Positions 11,150 through 22,556 are shown, counted from the stretch's first letter. The stretch is 64,000 nt of DNA from Cellvibrionales bacterium (GCA_042090785.1 JBELIP010000009.1:656-64655); one strand, 5' to 3'. The notes: generated by a model from the sequence alone, not told the origin. Program-made: numbers and translations.

Positions 11150-12721
11150 TTGCTAAACCATACAGGTAACAAAATTATCCGCCACCGCCTCAGTTCGCTG
11201 AGACGTGTTCGCGTGACATTTTTTTTAGCCTGCACTGCTTTTGTCGTTTTAGCCATAATGGCGGGATTTCAACAAGGCCAATTTATCGAATCTTCTTCAC
11301 TGGACAAGCAAAGCAATGGCCATAAAAGTTATTTGAAGGTTTTAACTCGTATTAGTCTTAATACCCATTTTGAAAGCGACGAAGGCCCAAGCGGCTTTGA
11401 GTATGCCTTACTCGATCGCTTTGCTAAATCAATAGGTAAAGAACTTAAAATAACAACAACTGATTCGTTGAATGATTTATTTAATCGATTAGAGCGCAAA
11501 GAAGCTCATTTAGCATCTGCAGGTCTAAGTGCCACTAAAGAACATCGCCGACGTTTTGCCTACACCGAACCGTATCTTCAAAGTCAGCCCTATGTGGTTT
11601 ATCGCGTAGGTAATAAAAGACCGCGTAGCCCTGCCGATTTAATTGGCAAAGATATTATTGTTGTAGCCGATAGCGCGCACTCAGCCATTCTTGAAAATAT
11701 GCGCAACATACATCCTGGTATTCAATGGCGGGAACTCAATAACGTAGACTATACCGATGTGTTAGGTCGCATAGAAGATAGCGAAGTTGACTATAGCATT
11801 CTGGACGCCACTGATTTTTTATTGCATCAAGGATTTTTTCCAAGAGTTAAAAAGGCATTAAAAATTGGCAGCGAATCCTCTTTTGCTTGGGCTTTACCTA
11901 AAGCGTTAGAGGGATCGGATTTACACCGCGCCGCGAATCAATTTATCCAGCAAATTAAAGCCGATGGCACATTGGCTAAACTCGAAGAGCAATACTTTGG
12001 CCAAGTCGCCCATATTAATCAGGTAGCTGCTAATGAATTTGATAAAAACATAGATGCACAGCTTCCGCTTTATTTAGACAACATTAAAGCCGCAGCTCAA
12101 TTATTTAACATGGATTGGCGTTTACTTGCCGCTGTAAGCTATCAAGAGTCTGGCTGGAACCCACTGGCGAAATCGCGCACCGGCGTGCGGGGCATGATGA
12201 TGCTCACACTGCCAACGGCAAAAGAAGTGGGCGTCACTAACCGACTAGACCCCGATCAAAGCTTGCGTGGTGGCGCCGACTACCTAACCAGTATAAAGCG
12301 GCGGCTTCCTGCTGGCATAGTAGAACCCGATAGAACATGGTTTGCTTTAGCGGCATACAATGTTGGTTTTGGCCATTTAGAAGATGCTCGAGTCATAACT
12401 CAAAAACGAGATGGCGACCCGAATAGCTGGTATGACGTTAAACAAAGCTTACCCTTGCTAACGCAAAAAAAGTGGTATTCAAAAACACGTTACGGCTATG
12501 CAAGAGGTTATGAGCCCGTTCAATATGTGCAGCATATTCGTCACTACCAAAACGTCTTGGTTTGGCACGACAAAGCGCAAAAATGGTCAGCTGATAATAA
12601 AAATGATAACAGTGATAAGACAACAAATACGCTTGGAACCGACTCAACAACTCATGAGCAAAAAGTTGCTAGTGCTAAAACCGCACAAGCAGTAACGGAA
12701 AAGCAGGCCTCTTCCCTTTAA
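11150..12721 (+). CDS. mltF: membrane-bound lytic murein transglycosylase F
   Basis: Periplasmic-binding-like N-domain plus SLT domain (YQESGW, GMMML, AAYNVG, YGYARG); divergent from purL as is usual. Confidence 0.95.
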   Translation: MLNHTGNKIIRHRLSSLRRVRVTFFLACTAFVVLAIMAGFQQGQFIESSSLDKQSNGHKSYLKVLTRISLNTHFESDEGPSGFEYALLDRFAKSIGKELKITTTDSLNDLFNRLERKEAHLASAGLSATKEHRRRFAYTEPYLQSQPYVVYRVGNKRPRSPADLIGKDIIVVADSAHSAILENMRNIHPGIQWRELNNVDYTDVLGRIEDSEVDYSILDATDFLLHQGFFPRVKKALKIGSESSFAWALPKALEGSDLHRAANQFIQQIKADGTLAKLEEQYFGQVAHINQVAANEFDKNIDAQLPLYLDNIKAAAQLFNMDWRLLAAVSYQESGWNPLAKSRTGVRGMMMLTLPTAKEVGVTNRLDPDQSLRGGADYLTSIKRRLPAGIVEPDRTWFALAAYNVGFGHLEDARVITQKRDGDPNSWYDVKQSLPLLTQKKWYSKTRYGYARGYEPVQYVQHIRHYQNVLVWHDKAQKWSADNKNDNSDKTTNTLGTDSTTHEQKVASAKTAQAVTEKQASSL

Positions 12722-12732
12722 TAACAACGTTA

Positions 12733-13236
12733 TTAAGTTCTTTTATTTGTAAAGAATTGTTTAAGTTTTTCCGCTGACTGATCGGCTAATACGCCGCCCC
12801 GCCATGTCATTTTATGATTAAAAAAAGGCTGGTTAAGCATTGCCAATTGAGACTCTACAGCGCCAGCGCGCGGCTCGTTAGCTGCAAACACTAAGCGTGA
12901 GATACGCGCATGAATCATGGCGCCCACACACATAGTACAGGGTTCTAATGTGACATAAAGTGTGCACTCAGTAAGACGGTAATTGCCTAGCGTTTCACCG
13001 GCTAATCTGAGCGCATTAATTTCAGCATGGGCACTGGCATCATGGTCTGTAATTGGGCTGTTATAACCACCAGCAATAATATTGCCGTTATGGACAATAA
13101 GCGCACCCACTGGCACCTCATCCTGTTCAGCCGCCGAGTCTGCAAGCAATAAAGCCTGACGCATAAATTTCTCATCTAGCTCATTTTGTCTGTTCGTATT
13201 ATCAGCAGAAACAATAGAAGAGATATTATCCGTCAT
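12733..13236 (-). CDS. tadA: tRNA adenosine(34) deaminase
   Basis: EVPVGA, HAE, TLEPCTMC; start set at MTDNISS, overlapping the pdxB stop. Confidence 0.95.
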   Translation of the reverse strand: MTDNISSIVSADNTNRQNELDEKFMRQALLLADSAAEQDEVPVGALIVHNGNIIAGGYNSPITDHDASAHAEINALRLAGETLGNYRLTECTLYVTLEPCTMCVGAMIHARISRLVFAANEPRAGAVESQLAMLNQPFFNHKMTWRGGVLADQSAEKLKQFFTNKRT

Positions 13237-14290
13237 AATTAATTTCTCTACGTACTGGGTAAGCTTTTCGGTAAGCATCAAAAACTTGAGCAACGTCATT
13301 ACCACTATTCAGTTTTTCTTTAAAGCGTTCAGCGTCGGCCTTAGGACTATAAACCGCTGCTAAAGCGCTACGATATTCGTCCAGCGTGGTTAAATCATTA
13401 AGCCTAATTAAATCAGCATCTTTGGTTGGCTTTATGGCCGGCAAATCAAAAAAGCGTAAAGCCGAAGAAATAATAGCGCTAGTGCCTCGGTGCTTTCCGT
13501 CGATACTATAGCCGGCAATATGCGGCGTACCATGCTGACAAAGCTCAAATAACTCAAGGTCAATGTCTGGTTCCGTCTCCCAGACATCTAGAACAGCTGT
13601 TATATCGCTACGATTATGCAATAACGCTTTTAAAGCATTATTACTAACCACAGGGCCACGACTGCTATTAATAAATAAACAATGACTTTTAAGTAAAGTT
13701 AAAAGCGCTGTATTAAAAAGATGCTTAGTTGGATACTGGCTATTTAAATGCGTGGTTAAAGGCACATGGGCGCTTATCACATCACTATTCATCAGCGCCT
13801 CAATACGCTGCACCGAAGGGCTGTTGGTGCCAGAAAAATCGAATAAAGGATCGTAAACTACATGAGGAATAGAAAAGTGTCGTAAACATCTCACTAAACG
13901 ACTGCCAACATTTCCATGACCAACCACCCCTATCGTTATATTGCTTAGCGTTTCGTTGTCATAATTATCTAAGATGGTCGACATAACATAATCAACAACA
14001 CCATTAGCGTTACTTCCTGGTGCATGTGCAAAGCCTATACCTCGATCAGCAAGATAGTCGATATCAATATGATCGACTCCAATAGTGGCACTGCCGACAA
14101 ATTTTACATGACTATTTTCAAGAAGCGCCGCATTCACCTTAGTCACAGAGCGAACAAACAAAATATCGACATCTATTAAATCGGATGCACTAATTTCACG
14201 ACCCGATAAAGTTTTTATGTCACACCAACTTGCACAGAGAGCAGCTAAATTCGGTATGTTTTCATCGGCAAGAAGAGATAATCTTTTCAT
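13226..14290 (-). CDS. pdxB: 4-phosphoerythronate dehydrogenase
   Basis: ADENIP, VRSVT, GVVGHGNVG, DVWETEP, TPHIAGYS; start set at MKRLSLLADE. Confidence 0.93.
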   Translation of the reverse strand: MKRLSLLADENIPNLAALCASWCDIKTLSGREISASDLIDVDILFVRSVTKVNAALLENSHVKFVGSATIGVDHIDIDYLADRGIGFAHAPGSNANGVVDYVMSTILDNYDNETLSNITIGVVGHGNVGSRLVRCLRHFSIPHVVYDPLFDFSGTNSPSVQRIEALMNSDVISAHVPLTTHLNSQYPTKHLFNTALLTLLKSHCLFINSSRGPVVSNNALKALLHNRSDITAVLDVWETEPDIDLELFELCQHGTPHIAGYSIDGKHRGTSAIISSALRFFDLPAIKPTKDADLIRLNDLTTLDEYRSALAAVYSPKADAERFKEKLNSGNDVAQVFDAYRKAYPVRREINYDG

Positions 14291-14406
14291 GTTTTTCTGG
14301 TAGTAACCTTTGAGCAATCAATATTTATTTATAAAATTATTTATGCGATATCTGTATATTACTTATGTCTGTTCGATGGTAAATGTTTTGATGGAAAACA
14401 TCTTGA

Positions 14407-14997
14407 TCAAATATAATCTGATAAAAAATATCGTGATAAATCATTCATTGCCAAGCCATGAAAATGCTCACTCAATGCATGGTAAAAAACCGCGGCACGC
14501 TGAGGTAGCCCATGCTTAGTGTAATGGCGCGCTTGATTATAAACGGCTTGTTTAAAATCATTTAATGCCGGCACAGAGCCATTAAGGTTATCAGCACTCA
14601 CTTGAAACGAATAATTAGCAGCAAGCGAAAATAAAAGCTCTAAAGCTTGAGGTTTAACCTCAGCTGCCTCAAAAGCAATTTGTTGTTCGGCGTTTCGCCC
14701 GTCATCCACATACCAATAACCAAAATCGACTTGCTGGTGTCGTTTATGACCAGCAATACACCAATGAGAAACTTCATGTAATGCACTTGCAAAAAAGTCT
14801 TCACGATAATAAATGAAATTATGGCAGCTGTCCTTGTTTGCCGGAGTATAGAGAGGTTCGCTGGCACCACCTAATAAAACCGTTTGGTAGTCTGCATAAA
14901 ATACACGGGCAAACACGGTCTCAATTTCTTTGGCATTAGTTTCAACAGCACAATCAATCGATCGAGGGCTTTCTTTCTCGCACAACACGCTAGGCAA
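14407..14997 (-). CDS. epmC: elongation factor P hydroxylase
   Basis: EPLY, ASALHEVSHWCIAG, DFGYWY, FEAAEVKPQALE. Confidence 0.9.
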   Translation of the reverse strand: MPSVLCEKESPRSIDCAVETNAKEIETVFARVFYADYQTVLLGGASEPLYTPANKDSCHNFIYYREDFFASALHEVSHWCIAGHKRHQQVDFGYWYVDDGRNAEQQIAFEAAEVKPQALELLFSLAANYSFQVSADNLNGSVPALNDFKQAVYNQARHYTKHGLPQRAAVFYHALSEHFHGLAMNDLSRYFLSDYI

Positions 14998-15170
14998 CCC
15001 TACATGTACATTTATTTATCTTTAAAATCATATATTTATCGTTTTTTCAAAAAACATAGAGCAAAATGGTTAATAAACAGTCTAAAAGACTATAATTAAA
15101 GAACCACCATTAACCACAAAGCAAGTTATAAGCGAACCTATGGGTTTTATCCCAATGCTATGCAAAGCCT

Positions 15171-15228
15171 TTCGCCATAAAAGGTAAAAGCTTTCGGCAT
15201 AAAAGATTTATAACCGTTCGCCGTAAAG
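15171..15228 (+). repeat. three imperfect direct repeats TTCG(C/G)C(A/G)TAAA(A)G
   Basis: Copies start at 15171, 15193 and 15217. Confidence 0.6.
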
Positions 15229-15324
15229 ATACAGAAAAACAGACGATGTCGCGATAGTCCTGAAGTTAATAGTGTGATTCTTTTTATAAAAGAGCACGCT
15301 GTACTGAGATTAGGAGCTTGTCTT

Positions 15325-16104
15325 ATGCAATCTGATATTACTTGTCCAGCCAGCCACAACAATGTCATTAACCTGTTTACAGGAAAACCAATTGTTCCTG
15401 CGACTAAGCAGGCCATTGTGCAAATTTGCCCAGAAACCTCTGGCATTAAAATGCTTTACGCCAATCATGGTCGCCCCGATCGTTTAATTTCGGTACCCAT
15501 TCTTTGCTGGGGAATGCGCTCGGACGGTGAAACCGTTGGCGTTGTCCCATGGGTCGGTGACATCACTGACTGCACGACAATTGATAATGATTTTTATATC
15601 CATTGGGAAGGTTATTATAAAGAAAGTACCGAAACGATTTTTTCCGAACCGCCAGAACCCGTTGTCGCTCAGCTGACGACCGCCCTTCGCTTTATTAATC
15701 ACGCAGACGTTAGTATCGTTTCCAATGCTAAGACAACGAATGATGCTGAAAACCAGCCTCCTCAGAATAATTTACCTAAAGGTGAAGCGTCGAATAAAAC
15801 AATAATACAGGAAATTCCTGACTTAATTGGTACTCACGCGCTTATACTTAACCCAGAAGGACATTCATTAACCCTTACGCCAGTGGTGAGTTGGGCGCTG
15901 GACTTACAGGGTAAAATACATGGCATGTTAGTTGATGAAGCGTCAGTAGAAAAAACACCGGTTATTCCTGGTGATGAATGTCTGTACTACGCCTCAAGCA
16001 ACCCCAATTTTTGTTGCTACTTTCAACGTGATATCGCCGACCAAATACGACTGCGCAATCCTGATACCATTGCCGCAATAGAAAAACTACTCAACCAACA
16101 ATAA
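15325..16104 (+). CDS. hypothetical protein with internal duplication
   Basis: Long ORF; ATG at 15325 follows AGGAG; two similar segments. Confidence 0.8.
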   Translation: MQSDITCPASHNNVINLFTGKPIVPATKQAIVQICPETSGIKMLYANHGRPDRLISVPILCWGMRSDGETVGVVPWVGDITDCTTIDNDFYIHWEGYYKESTETIFSEPPEPVVAQLTTALRFINHADVSIVSNAKTTNDAENQPPQNNLPKGEASNKTIIQEIPDLIGTHALILNPEGHSLTLTPVVSWALDLQGKIHGMLVDEASVEKTPVIPGDECLYYASSNPNFCCYFQRDIADQIRLRNPDTIAAIEKLLNQQ

Positions 16105-16110
16105 ACCGCG

Positions 16111-16380
16111 TTATTTTTTTTGTATCCAATACTCATAAATGCCGGCCTCTTGCTGCCAATGCAGCAATGGGTGGCTTAAAAAATCACAAAAGCGCAGTAT
16201 ATCTCGCTCTGTAGAGGGGTCGGTTGCAGACACTTTTATAATGTCACCACTTTTCATTGAGCGAATTCGATTGTGTAATAGCATAACCGGTTCTGGACAA
16301 ATTAAACCACTGGCATCGAGTAGCTGATATTCATTGTCGCCTAAGCTACTTGGGTCGAAATTATCAATCACAGTTATCAA
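16111..16380 (-). CDS. tusA: sulfur carrier TusA
   Basis: [22 protein letters not shown]. Confidence 0.93.
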   Translation of the reverse strand: MITVIDNFDPSSLGDNEYQLLDASGLICPEPVMLLHNRIRSMKSGDIIKVSATDPSTERDILRFCDFLSHPLLHWQQEAGIYEYWIQKK

Positions 16381-16666
16381 CCTGCTGAGATGAGGTAAAG
16401 TTTTTTAATTCACGCGCCTCAACAATCTGACAGCGCTCATTAACCTCGTCAAAAACAATAACCACTTTACCTGCTTTTAGCAGCGCTCTTGCTTTATCGA
16501 GCTGCGCTTCAACGCCACGCTCAACCATGCCGTAGTCAGTGCCCTCTCGAGTGATATACTCTTCAAGTACACCTGTTAAAGCCGCCTCTGAAAGCTGTTC
16601 AAATGGAATCTGCAGTGGCTCAACTTCATTCTCACTAGCAGTATCAGGGTTGAATGTATTGGTCAT
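16364..16666 (-). CDS. yheU: YheU family protein (UPF0270)
   Basis: IPFEQLS...[12 protein letters not shown]. Confidence 0.88.
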   Translation of the reverse strand: MTNTFNPDTASENEVEPLQIPFEQLSEAALTGVLEEYITREGTDYGMVERGVEAQLDKARALLKAGKVVIVFDEVNERCQIVEARELKNFTSSQQVDNCD

Positions 16667-16889
16667 ACTATCTCTTCGTTACCAGTGGTTAATAAAGCTG
16701 CAAATTTGAATGGATGCTAACATTTACCGCGAATAAACGTAAATGTTTTACCTTTAAACATTAACAGTAATTAGACATTCAGATCAAAAATGCGGTCTAT
16801 AATCTAGAACACTGTTTGAATAAGCCAGCGCTCAAGTTAAATAACCGAAAACAACCGGCCTATAACTCATTACCTAAGGTGGACATTAA

Positions 16890-17435
16890 ATGAATAGCAG
16901 ACTTATTTGTAGTTTTATTGGTGACGATAAGCATGGCTTAATTGAATTGCTTGCTAAAGCTATAAGCGATTGTAATGGTAGCTGGTCTGAGAGCAGCATG
17001 GTTCGCCTGTCAGGACAGTTTGCCGGTCTTGTAAAAGTAGCCATTGATGAGTCAAATATCGAGTCACTGCGTCTAGCTTGCGAGGATCTGGCTAATCAGG
17101 GGCTGGCCATTCACATTATACCTGTGCATGAAACAGCCAATAGCGCTGCAAATAATGATGAGCAGTCTGCAAGTCAGTTACAGCTAAACATTATTGGCAA
17201 TGACCGCCCAGGCATTGTCTACGAGGTGAGCCAGGCGTTAGCGGCTGCAAAAATTAATGTTATAAAAATGAAAACGCATTTAAGTAGCGCACCAATGAGT
17301 GGCGATAGTTTATTTAATTCAACCATGTTACTGACTAACGAATACGATCATGACCTTGATGCCTTAGAAAAACAGTTAGACAAAATATCAGAGCGCTTAT
17401 CCATTGAAATAGATTTAGAATCCAGTGATGAATAA
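16890..17435 (+). CDS. gcvR: GcvR-like double-ACT-domain protein
   Basis: Two ACT repeats (GDDKHGLI; GNDRPGIV), SAPMSG. Confidence 0.8.
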   Translation: MNSRLICSFIGDDKHGLIELLAKAISDCNGSWSESSMVRLSGQFAGLVKVAIDESNIESLRLACEDLANQGLAIHIIPVHETANSAANNDEQSASQLQLNIIGNDRPGIVYEVSQALAAAKINVIKMKTHLSSAPMSGDSLFNSTMLLTNEYDHDLDALEKQLDKISERLSIEIDLESSDE

Positions 17436-17454
17436 GTAAGCGACATGATGCCGA

Positions 17455-17697
17455 TTACTTATTTTTAAATCCCGCTTTGAAAAGTCTTTTTATTGATAAA
17501 AAGATAAACGTAAAAACAAAACCTGCTAGCGCCATAGCGGCAACAATTAATATCGCAACGCTCAACAATAACAACACCTGCTTTACTGGAATACCGACAA
17601 TAACAATTAGACCATATATAATGGCTAACAATGCCCCGAACCCAAGCAGTAATGTCTTTATGCGCTGGCTCTTTTTCGTTTTAAACAGACGCATCAA
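17455..17697 (-). CDS. small two-TM membrane protein, hypothetical
   Basis: Two hydrophobic segments with basic ends; SD GGAG; co-oriented with upstream genes. Confidence 0.65.
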   Translation of the reverse strand: MMRLFKTKKSQRIKTLLLGFGALLAIIYGLIVIVGIPVKQVLLLLSVAILIVAAMALAGFVFTFIFLSIKRLFKAGFKNK

Positions 17698-17758
17698 AAT
17701 AGCTCCTAATAACTCTTAATTAATTCCCAATTCTCGGTTATTCGCAACAACTTATAAT

Positions 17759-18637
17759 TTACCCGGTAAAAAATTTTGTCGCTTGCAATGCTAAACTTTG
17801 GCAATGTTTAGTTTGCATATGCATATGGTGACCTCCTTCATGTAACACCATAGTGATATTTTCACGCCCCTTAACCGCCGCTTTTGATTGCTCCCAGTCA
17901 AACAGTCCCTCTTTAGCGAGGATGATTAAACAAGGAATATCCAACGCAGCCCAGAAGGCCTGCTGATGGAATTTATTGAGTTTAAATGCAGAATCGCCTG
18001 CAGCTCTGGGGTCGTGCCGCCATACATAAGCACCCTTTTCTGCAAAGCCTTTTGCAGGCGCTATAGCGCGCTCAGCTATAGGTAAGCATTCTTTAGCGCT
18101 AAGGTCTACTTTCACGATACGTCGCTCAACAGCTTCGTCAATTGATAGCATTAACCTCGAGGGCTTCTGATAATAACTTCGTTGATCACGTAAATAGCGT
18201 GATAAATTTTTCGGCGCATCGGTTTCTTTAGTGTCCAACGAGAGCGCGCAATCAAGCATCAGCAAACGCTCAACTCGCTCTGGCATTGACGCTGCAAGCA
18301 GCAAGCCAACAAAGGCGCCACGCGAATGAGTCAGCAGTTGAAAAGATGGCCACTCAAGCGTATCGGCTATGGCAAGAATATCTAACAAATCATCCCAAAT
18401 GTTATAGGAACCGTGTTGGCTTCTATGATCACTTTCGCCATTACCAGCAAAGTCTAAGGCAACTATTTCGCAGTCTTTTATTAATGGCGCTATTGCACAG
18501 AAGCTTGCACTATTGTCTAGCCAGCCATGCAAAGCAATAACACGATGCTTGTTTCCAACACCCCACTGTTGTGCTGCAATCGTCATTTCATTGACGAAAA
18601 ATTTTCGCTCTATTGGTGCCGATAGTAAGCGGGACAT
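17759..18637 (-). CDS. alpha/beta hydrolase
   Basis: LHGWLDN, nucleophile elbow THSRG, GGHHMHM. Confidence 0.88.
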   Translation of the reverse strand: MSRLLSAPIERKFFVNEMTIAAQQWGVGNKHRVIALHGWLDNSASFCAIAPLIKDCEIVALDFAGNGESDHRSQHGSYNIWDDLLDILAIADTLEWPSFQLLTHSRGAFVGLLLAASMPERVERLLMLDCALSLDTKETDAPKNLSRYLRDQRSYYQKPSRLMLSIDEAVERRIVKVDLSAKECLPIAERAIAPAKGFAEKGAYVWRHDPRAAGDSAFKLNKFHQQAFWAALDIPCLIILAKEGLFDWEQSKAAVKGRENITMVLHEGGHHMHMQTKHCQSLALQATKFFTG

Positions 18638-18679
18638 TAAAGTTCCTTAAATAAAGTAGTCGCTAGCTAAGCGCTGGAG

Positions 18680-19213
18680 TTAGTAAGCGGGATGATGTAA
18701 AAGTGAATCTAACTCGGCACAACCTTGAGCAATGACTTCAGCATGCATTATGGCAAGCGAAGAAGGAGAAAAAGGGAAATTATCTGTACCACCGAGTTTA
18801 AAACTATCTGCCCCTTGAACCACCCAGTCAAGCAAACAAGAAACCAAAGGCTGATGACTAATGAGTAAAACAGTTTCATAAGGTAGTGAATCTAACCATT
18901 TGCATACCATATGCGGGATGTTATCACCTAGTAAATGGTTATTCGGGGCTAAATGAATGGCGCAGCCATCTTCAACATCTAGGCCATTTAGCGAAGCTAG
19001 CGTATCGGATACCGCTTTTGCAGTCTGCTGAGTTCGAGTAAAAGGGCTATAAAAGATGGCATCAAGACCTTTACCCTTTAACAACAGGGCTTTATGCAAT
19101 GTTTTAGCAGCCTCACAACTATGCTGAATACCATAATCTGTAAGGACGCGACTAGCATCATCATCAAGACCGTATTCGGCTTCGCCGTGACGCAATATTG
19201 CTATGGTTCTCAT
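18680..19213 (-). CDS. sixA: phosphohistidine phosphatase SixA
   Basis: LRHGEA, SPFTRTQQT, SHQP; next to gpsA. Confidence 0.88.
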   Translation of the reverse strand: MRTIAILRHGEAEYGLDDDASRVLTDYGIQHSCEAAKTLHKALLLKGKGLDAIFYSPFTRTQQTAKAVSDTLASLNGLDVEDGCAIHLAPNNHLLGDNIPHMVCKWLDSLPYETVLLISHQPLVSCLLDWVVQGADSFKLGGTDNFPFSPSSLAIMHAEVIAQGCAELDSLLHHPAY

Positions 19214-19321
19214 TTACTTTTTCTCAGGAGTTTACGCAACTCGAATTATTCAACTCAATCTATACAAGTTAATCTATAGAACGGGGCTTACTTAAATAGG
19301 CCTCAGCATAAAATATGGAAG

Positions 19322-20362
19322 TTAGTCTCCGCCTGTTAAAAACTCAACATCTTCGCTTTGCTCGCCCAGCATAAGCTGACTAATGGTTTCTGCAACACTC
19401 ATTTTGTTGAATAGAATCTCATATAGACCAGACGCGAGCGGCATATACACATTGTTATCATCGGCTTTGGATTTAACCAACTTTAAAGTATTAACCCCTT
19501 CGGCAACCTGTCCTAACTCTTCGGTGGCTTGCTGTAAAGTTTTACCGCTACCAATAGCAAAGCCCACTTGATAATTACGAGACAAAGAAGAAGAGCAAGT
19601 AACAATTAAATCACCCACACCTGCAAGCCCAAGAAAGGTCATTGGGTTAGCCCCCATGCTCACAGCAAAACGACTCATTTCTGCCAAGCTACGCGTCATT
19701 AACATTGCTCGCGTGTTATCGCCAAGATTCATGGCTGCACCTAAACCTGAAATAATGGCATAAATATTTTTTAAAGCGCCGCTTAATTCTACACCGTATA
19801 AATCACGGCTTCCGTACACTCTAAAATAGCTGCAATGCAAAGCGCTTTGAACATTTTCAATTAACGAAGTGTTGCTACTGGCAACAACGGTCCCAGTTAA
19901 ATGTTTAGCAGCAATTTCCTTTGCTAGGTTTGGCCCACTCAAAACACCGAGTGGGATTTCGGGTAACGCCTCACGAAGCACTTGACTCATTAATTTAAAA
20001 TCTAATTTTTCAATATCATTTTGGTGCTCAATACCTTTGGTTGTACTAATCACCATCGTGTCTTTGCTAATATACTTTGCAAGCTCAACACTGACTTCTC
20101 GACAAGAGCCACTGGGCACAGCAACAAATATCATATCTGCATCTACAATAGCCTGCTCAATACATGTTGTTGCATGCACTTTGTCGTTTAACACATAGCC
20201 GGGCAAGTAGTAACTATTTTTATGCTCACGGTTAATCTCGTCTGCACGCTCAGTGTTACGCAGCCAGAGCATTGCATGATGGCCATTGTCTGCAACTAAG
20301 TTGCACAGCGTAGTGCCAAAACTACCACCACCAAGGACAGCAATGCGATAGGTATGATTCAT
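19322..20362 (-). CDS. gpsA: NAD(P)H-dependent glycerol-3-phosphate dehydrogenase
   Basis: GGGSFG, SGPNLAKE, GALKN, GDLIVTC..SRN. Confidence 0.97.
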   Translation of the reverse strand: MNHTYRIAVLGGGSFGTTLCNLVADNGHHAMLWLRNTERADEINREHKNSYYLPGYVLNDKVHATTCIEQAIVDADMIFVAVPSGSCREVSVELAKYISKDTMVISTTKGIEHQNDIEKLDFKLMSQVLREALPEIPLGVLSGPNLAKEIAAKHLTGTVVASSNTSLIENVQSALHCSYFRVYGSRDLYGVELSGALKNIYAIISGLGAAMNLGDNTRAMLMTRSLAEMSRFAVSMGANPMTFLGLAGVGDLIVTCSSSLSRNYQVGFAIGSGKTLQQATEELGQVAEGVNTLKLVKSKADDNNVYMPLASGLYEILFNKMSVAETISQLMLGEQSEDVEFLTGGD

Positions 20363-20408
20363 TAATTAGATCCCGAATACGACTAGCATTTTTGATTTAT
20401 TCGTCATT

Positions 20409-20446
20409 AAAAAAACGCCCATGGCATAACCATAGGCGTATTTTTT
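20409..20446 (-). terminator. Rho-independent terminator after htpG
   Basis: Minus strand CGCCTATGG-TTATG-CCATGGGCG followed by T7. Confidence 0.75.
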
Positions 20447-20519
20447 GATACTAACGTTTTTACTGTCCACTGCCAATAGCCGGCTTAAAAACAGCTAGAA
20501 ACAGAATTAACAGCTGCTA

Positions 20520-22463
20520 CTAACTGCTTAGTTCTAATAAAAGCTTGTTCAATCTTGCAACAAAGCTTGCTGGATCCTCTAAGCTATCACCCGCAGCAAG
20601 CATGGCCTGATCAAAAAGCAGTCGACTTAAATCGCCAAAACGGCTCTCATCGGCTTCTTGGTCTAAACGGCTAACCAATGGATGACTAGGGTTTAATTCA
20701 AGTATTGGTTTACTTGCAGGTAACTCTTGCCCTGCGGCTTCCATAATGCGACGCATTTGCGCGCCCATATCGTGATCACCAACCACTAGACATGCTGGTG
20801 AATCAGTAAGGCGGTTGGTCACACGGACAGTTTCAACTTCATTAGACAAGATAGCTTGTACGCGCTCAACCATATCTTTATTATCTTCTGAAAGCTTCTC
20901 TTGTTCTTTTTTATCTTCTTCGTCATCCAAGCTGCCTAAATCAAGTTCGCCTTTAGCAACATCTTGTAAATGCTTGCCATCAAACTCCATCATGTGACTC
21001 ATTAACCAATCATCGATACGATCATGAAGTAATAAGACTTCGATCCCTTTCTTTCTAAATACTTCAAGGTAAGGGCTGTTCTTAGCGGTAGTAAAGTTTT
21101 CTGCCGCAACATAATAGATTTTCTCTTGACCCTCTTTCATGCGGGCAACATAGTCTTCTAACGACTGGTTTTGCTCGTCGGTTTCGTTATGGGTTGTTGA
21201 AAAACGTAATAGCTTCGAAATCTTTTCTTTATTAGCAATATCTTCGGCAGGGCCTTCTTTCAATACACTACCAAATGACTGCCAAAATGCGGCATATTCT
21301 TCGGGCGCATTTTTTGCCATTTTCTCTAGCATATCGAGCGCACGTTTAGTCAGTGCATTGCGCATGCTTTCGGTGGTTGCATCTTGCTGCAATATTTCTC
21401 GCGATACGTTAAGGGGTAAATCGTTAGAGTCAACCACACCTTTTATAAAGCGAAGGTATACCGGTAAAAACTGCTCAGCATCATCCATAATGAATGTACG
21501 CTGTACATAAAGCTTTAAGCCTCTAGCGCCATCACGGTTCCACAAATCCATAGGCGGCTTTGATGGGATATATAATAGGCTGGTGTATTCAAACTTACCT
21601 TCAACGCGGTTGTGGCTCCATTTAATAGGGTCTTCATAATCGTGCGATAACGATTTATAAAACTCTTTATATTCATCTTCTGACACTTCACTGCGAGGAC
21701 GTGTCCACAATGCCGTTGCATCATTAATAGCTTCAAATTCGGGCGCTGCATCTTCTGCCACTTCGGCCTCAGCCTCATCGCCCATAGGTGGCGTAGACTG
21801 TTTTTTCATCATTACTGGAATTGCAATATGATCTGAGTATTTTTTAACAATACTGCGTAAACGCCAGTTATCGGCAAAATCATTTTCATCGTCTCTTAAA
21901 TGTAGAACAACCGTGGTACCACGACCTTCTTTTTCGACAGCAGCAATTTGGAAATCGGCATCACCTGTCGACTCCCAATAAATACCATTGGTTTTATCTG
22001 CACCAGCACGACGAGTAAACACTTCAACACGGTCAGCAACAATGAATGCTGAATAAAAGCCAACACCAAATTGACCGATTAACTGACTATCTTGCTTCTG
22101 GTCGCCAGTCAAGTTTTTTAGGAACTCAGCAGTACCTGATTTAGCAATCGTTCCAAGGTTGTTAATCACCTCATCACGCGACATACCAATGCCATTATCG
22201 CTAATAGTCACAGAGTTAGCTTCTTTGTCGAATTCAATGGTAATAGCTAAGTCACCATCACCTTCAAAGAGTGAATCATCCTTTAAGGCTTCAAAACGCA
22301 ACTTGTCGGCGGCATCCGAAGCATTAGAAACAAGCTCTCTAAGGAAAATCTCTTTATTACTGTAAAGCGAATGAATCATCAGTTGCAGAAGCTGTTTAGC
22401 CTCAGCCTGAAAGCCCATTGTTTCTTTGGGTTGTTCGCTTGCCATATTCGTCGATGCTGTCAT
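20520..22463 (-). CDS. htpG: chaperone HtpG (Hsp90)
   Basis: [39 protein letters not shown]. Confidence 0.99.
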   Translation of the reverse strand: MTASTNMASEQPKETMGFQAEAKQLLQLMIHSLYSNKEIFLRELVSNASDAADKLRFEALKDDSLFEGDGDLAITIEFDKEANSVTISDNGIGMSRDEVINNLGTIAKSGTAEFLKNLTGDQKQDSQLIGQFGVGFYSAFIVADRVEVFTRRAGADKTNGIYWESTGDADFQIAAVEKEGRGTTVVLHLRDDENDFADNWRLRSIVKKYSDHIAIPVMMKKQSTPPMGDEAEAEVAEDAAPEFEAINDATALWTRPRSEVSEDEYKEFYKSLSHDYEDPIKWSHNRVEGKFEYTSLLYIPSKPPMDLWNRDGARGLKLYVQRTFIMDDAEQFLPVYLRFIKGVVDSNDLPLNVSREILQQDATTESMRNALTKRALDMLEKMAKNAPEEYAAFWQSFGSVLKEGPAEDIANKEKISKLLRFSTTHNETDEQNQSLEDYVARMKEGQEKIYYVAAENFTTAKNSPYLEVFRKKGIEVLLLHDRIDDWLMSHMMEFDGKHLQDVAKGELDLGSLDDEEDKKEQEKLSEDNKDMVERVQAILSNEVETVRVTNRLTDSPACLVVGDHDMGAQMRRIMEAAGQELPASKPILELNPSHPLVSRLDQEADESRFGDLSRLLFDQAMLAAGDSLEDPASFVARLNKLLLELSS

Positions 22464-22556
22464 TACTGCCTCACTTTATGTTTATAAAATCAATTACCGA
22501 TGTGTACTTAACTCTTAAAGCTACAAACAATGCTTTTTAAGCCATGCGTTGCACAG

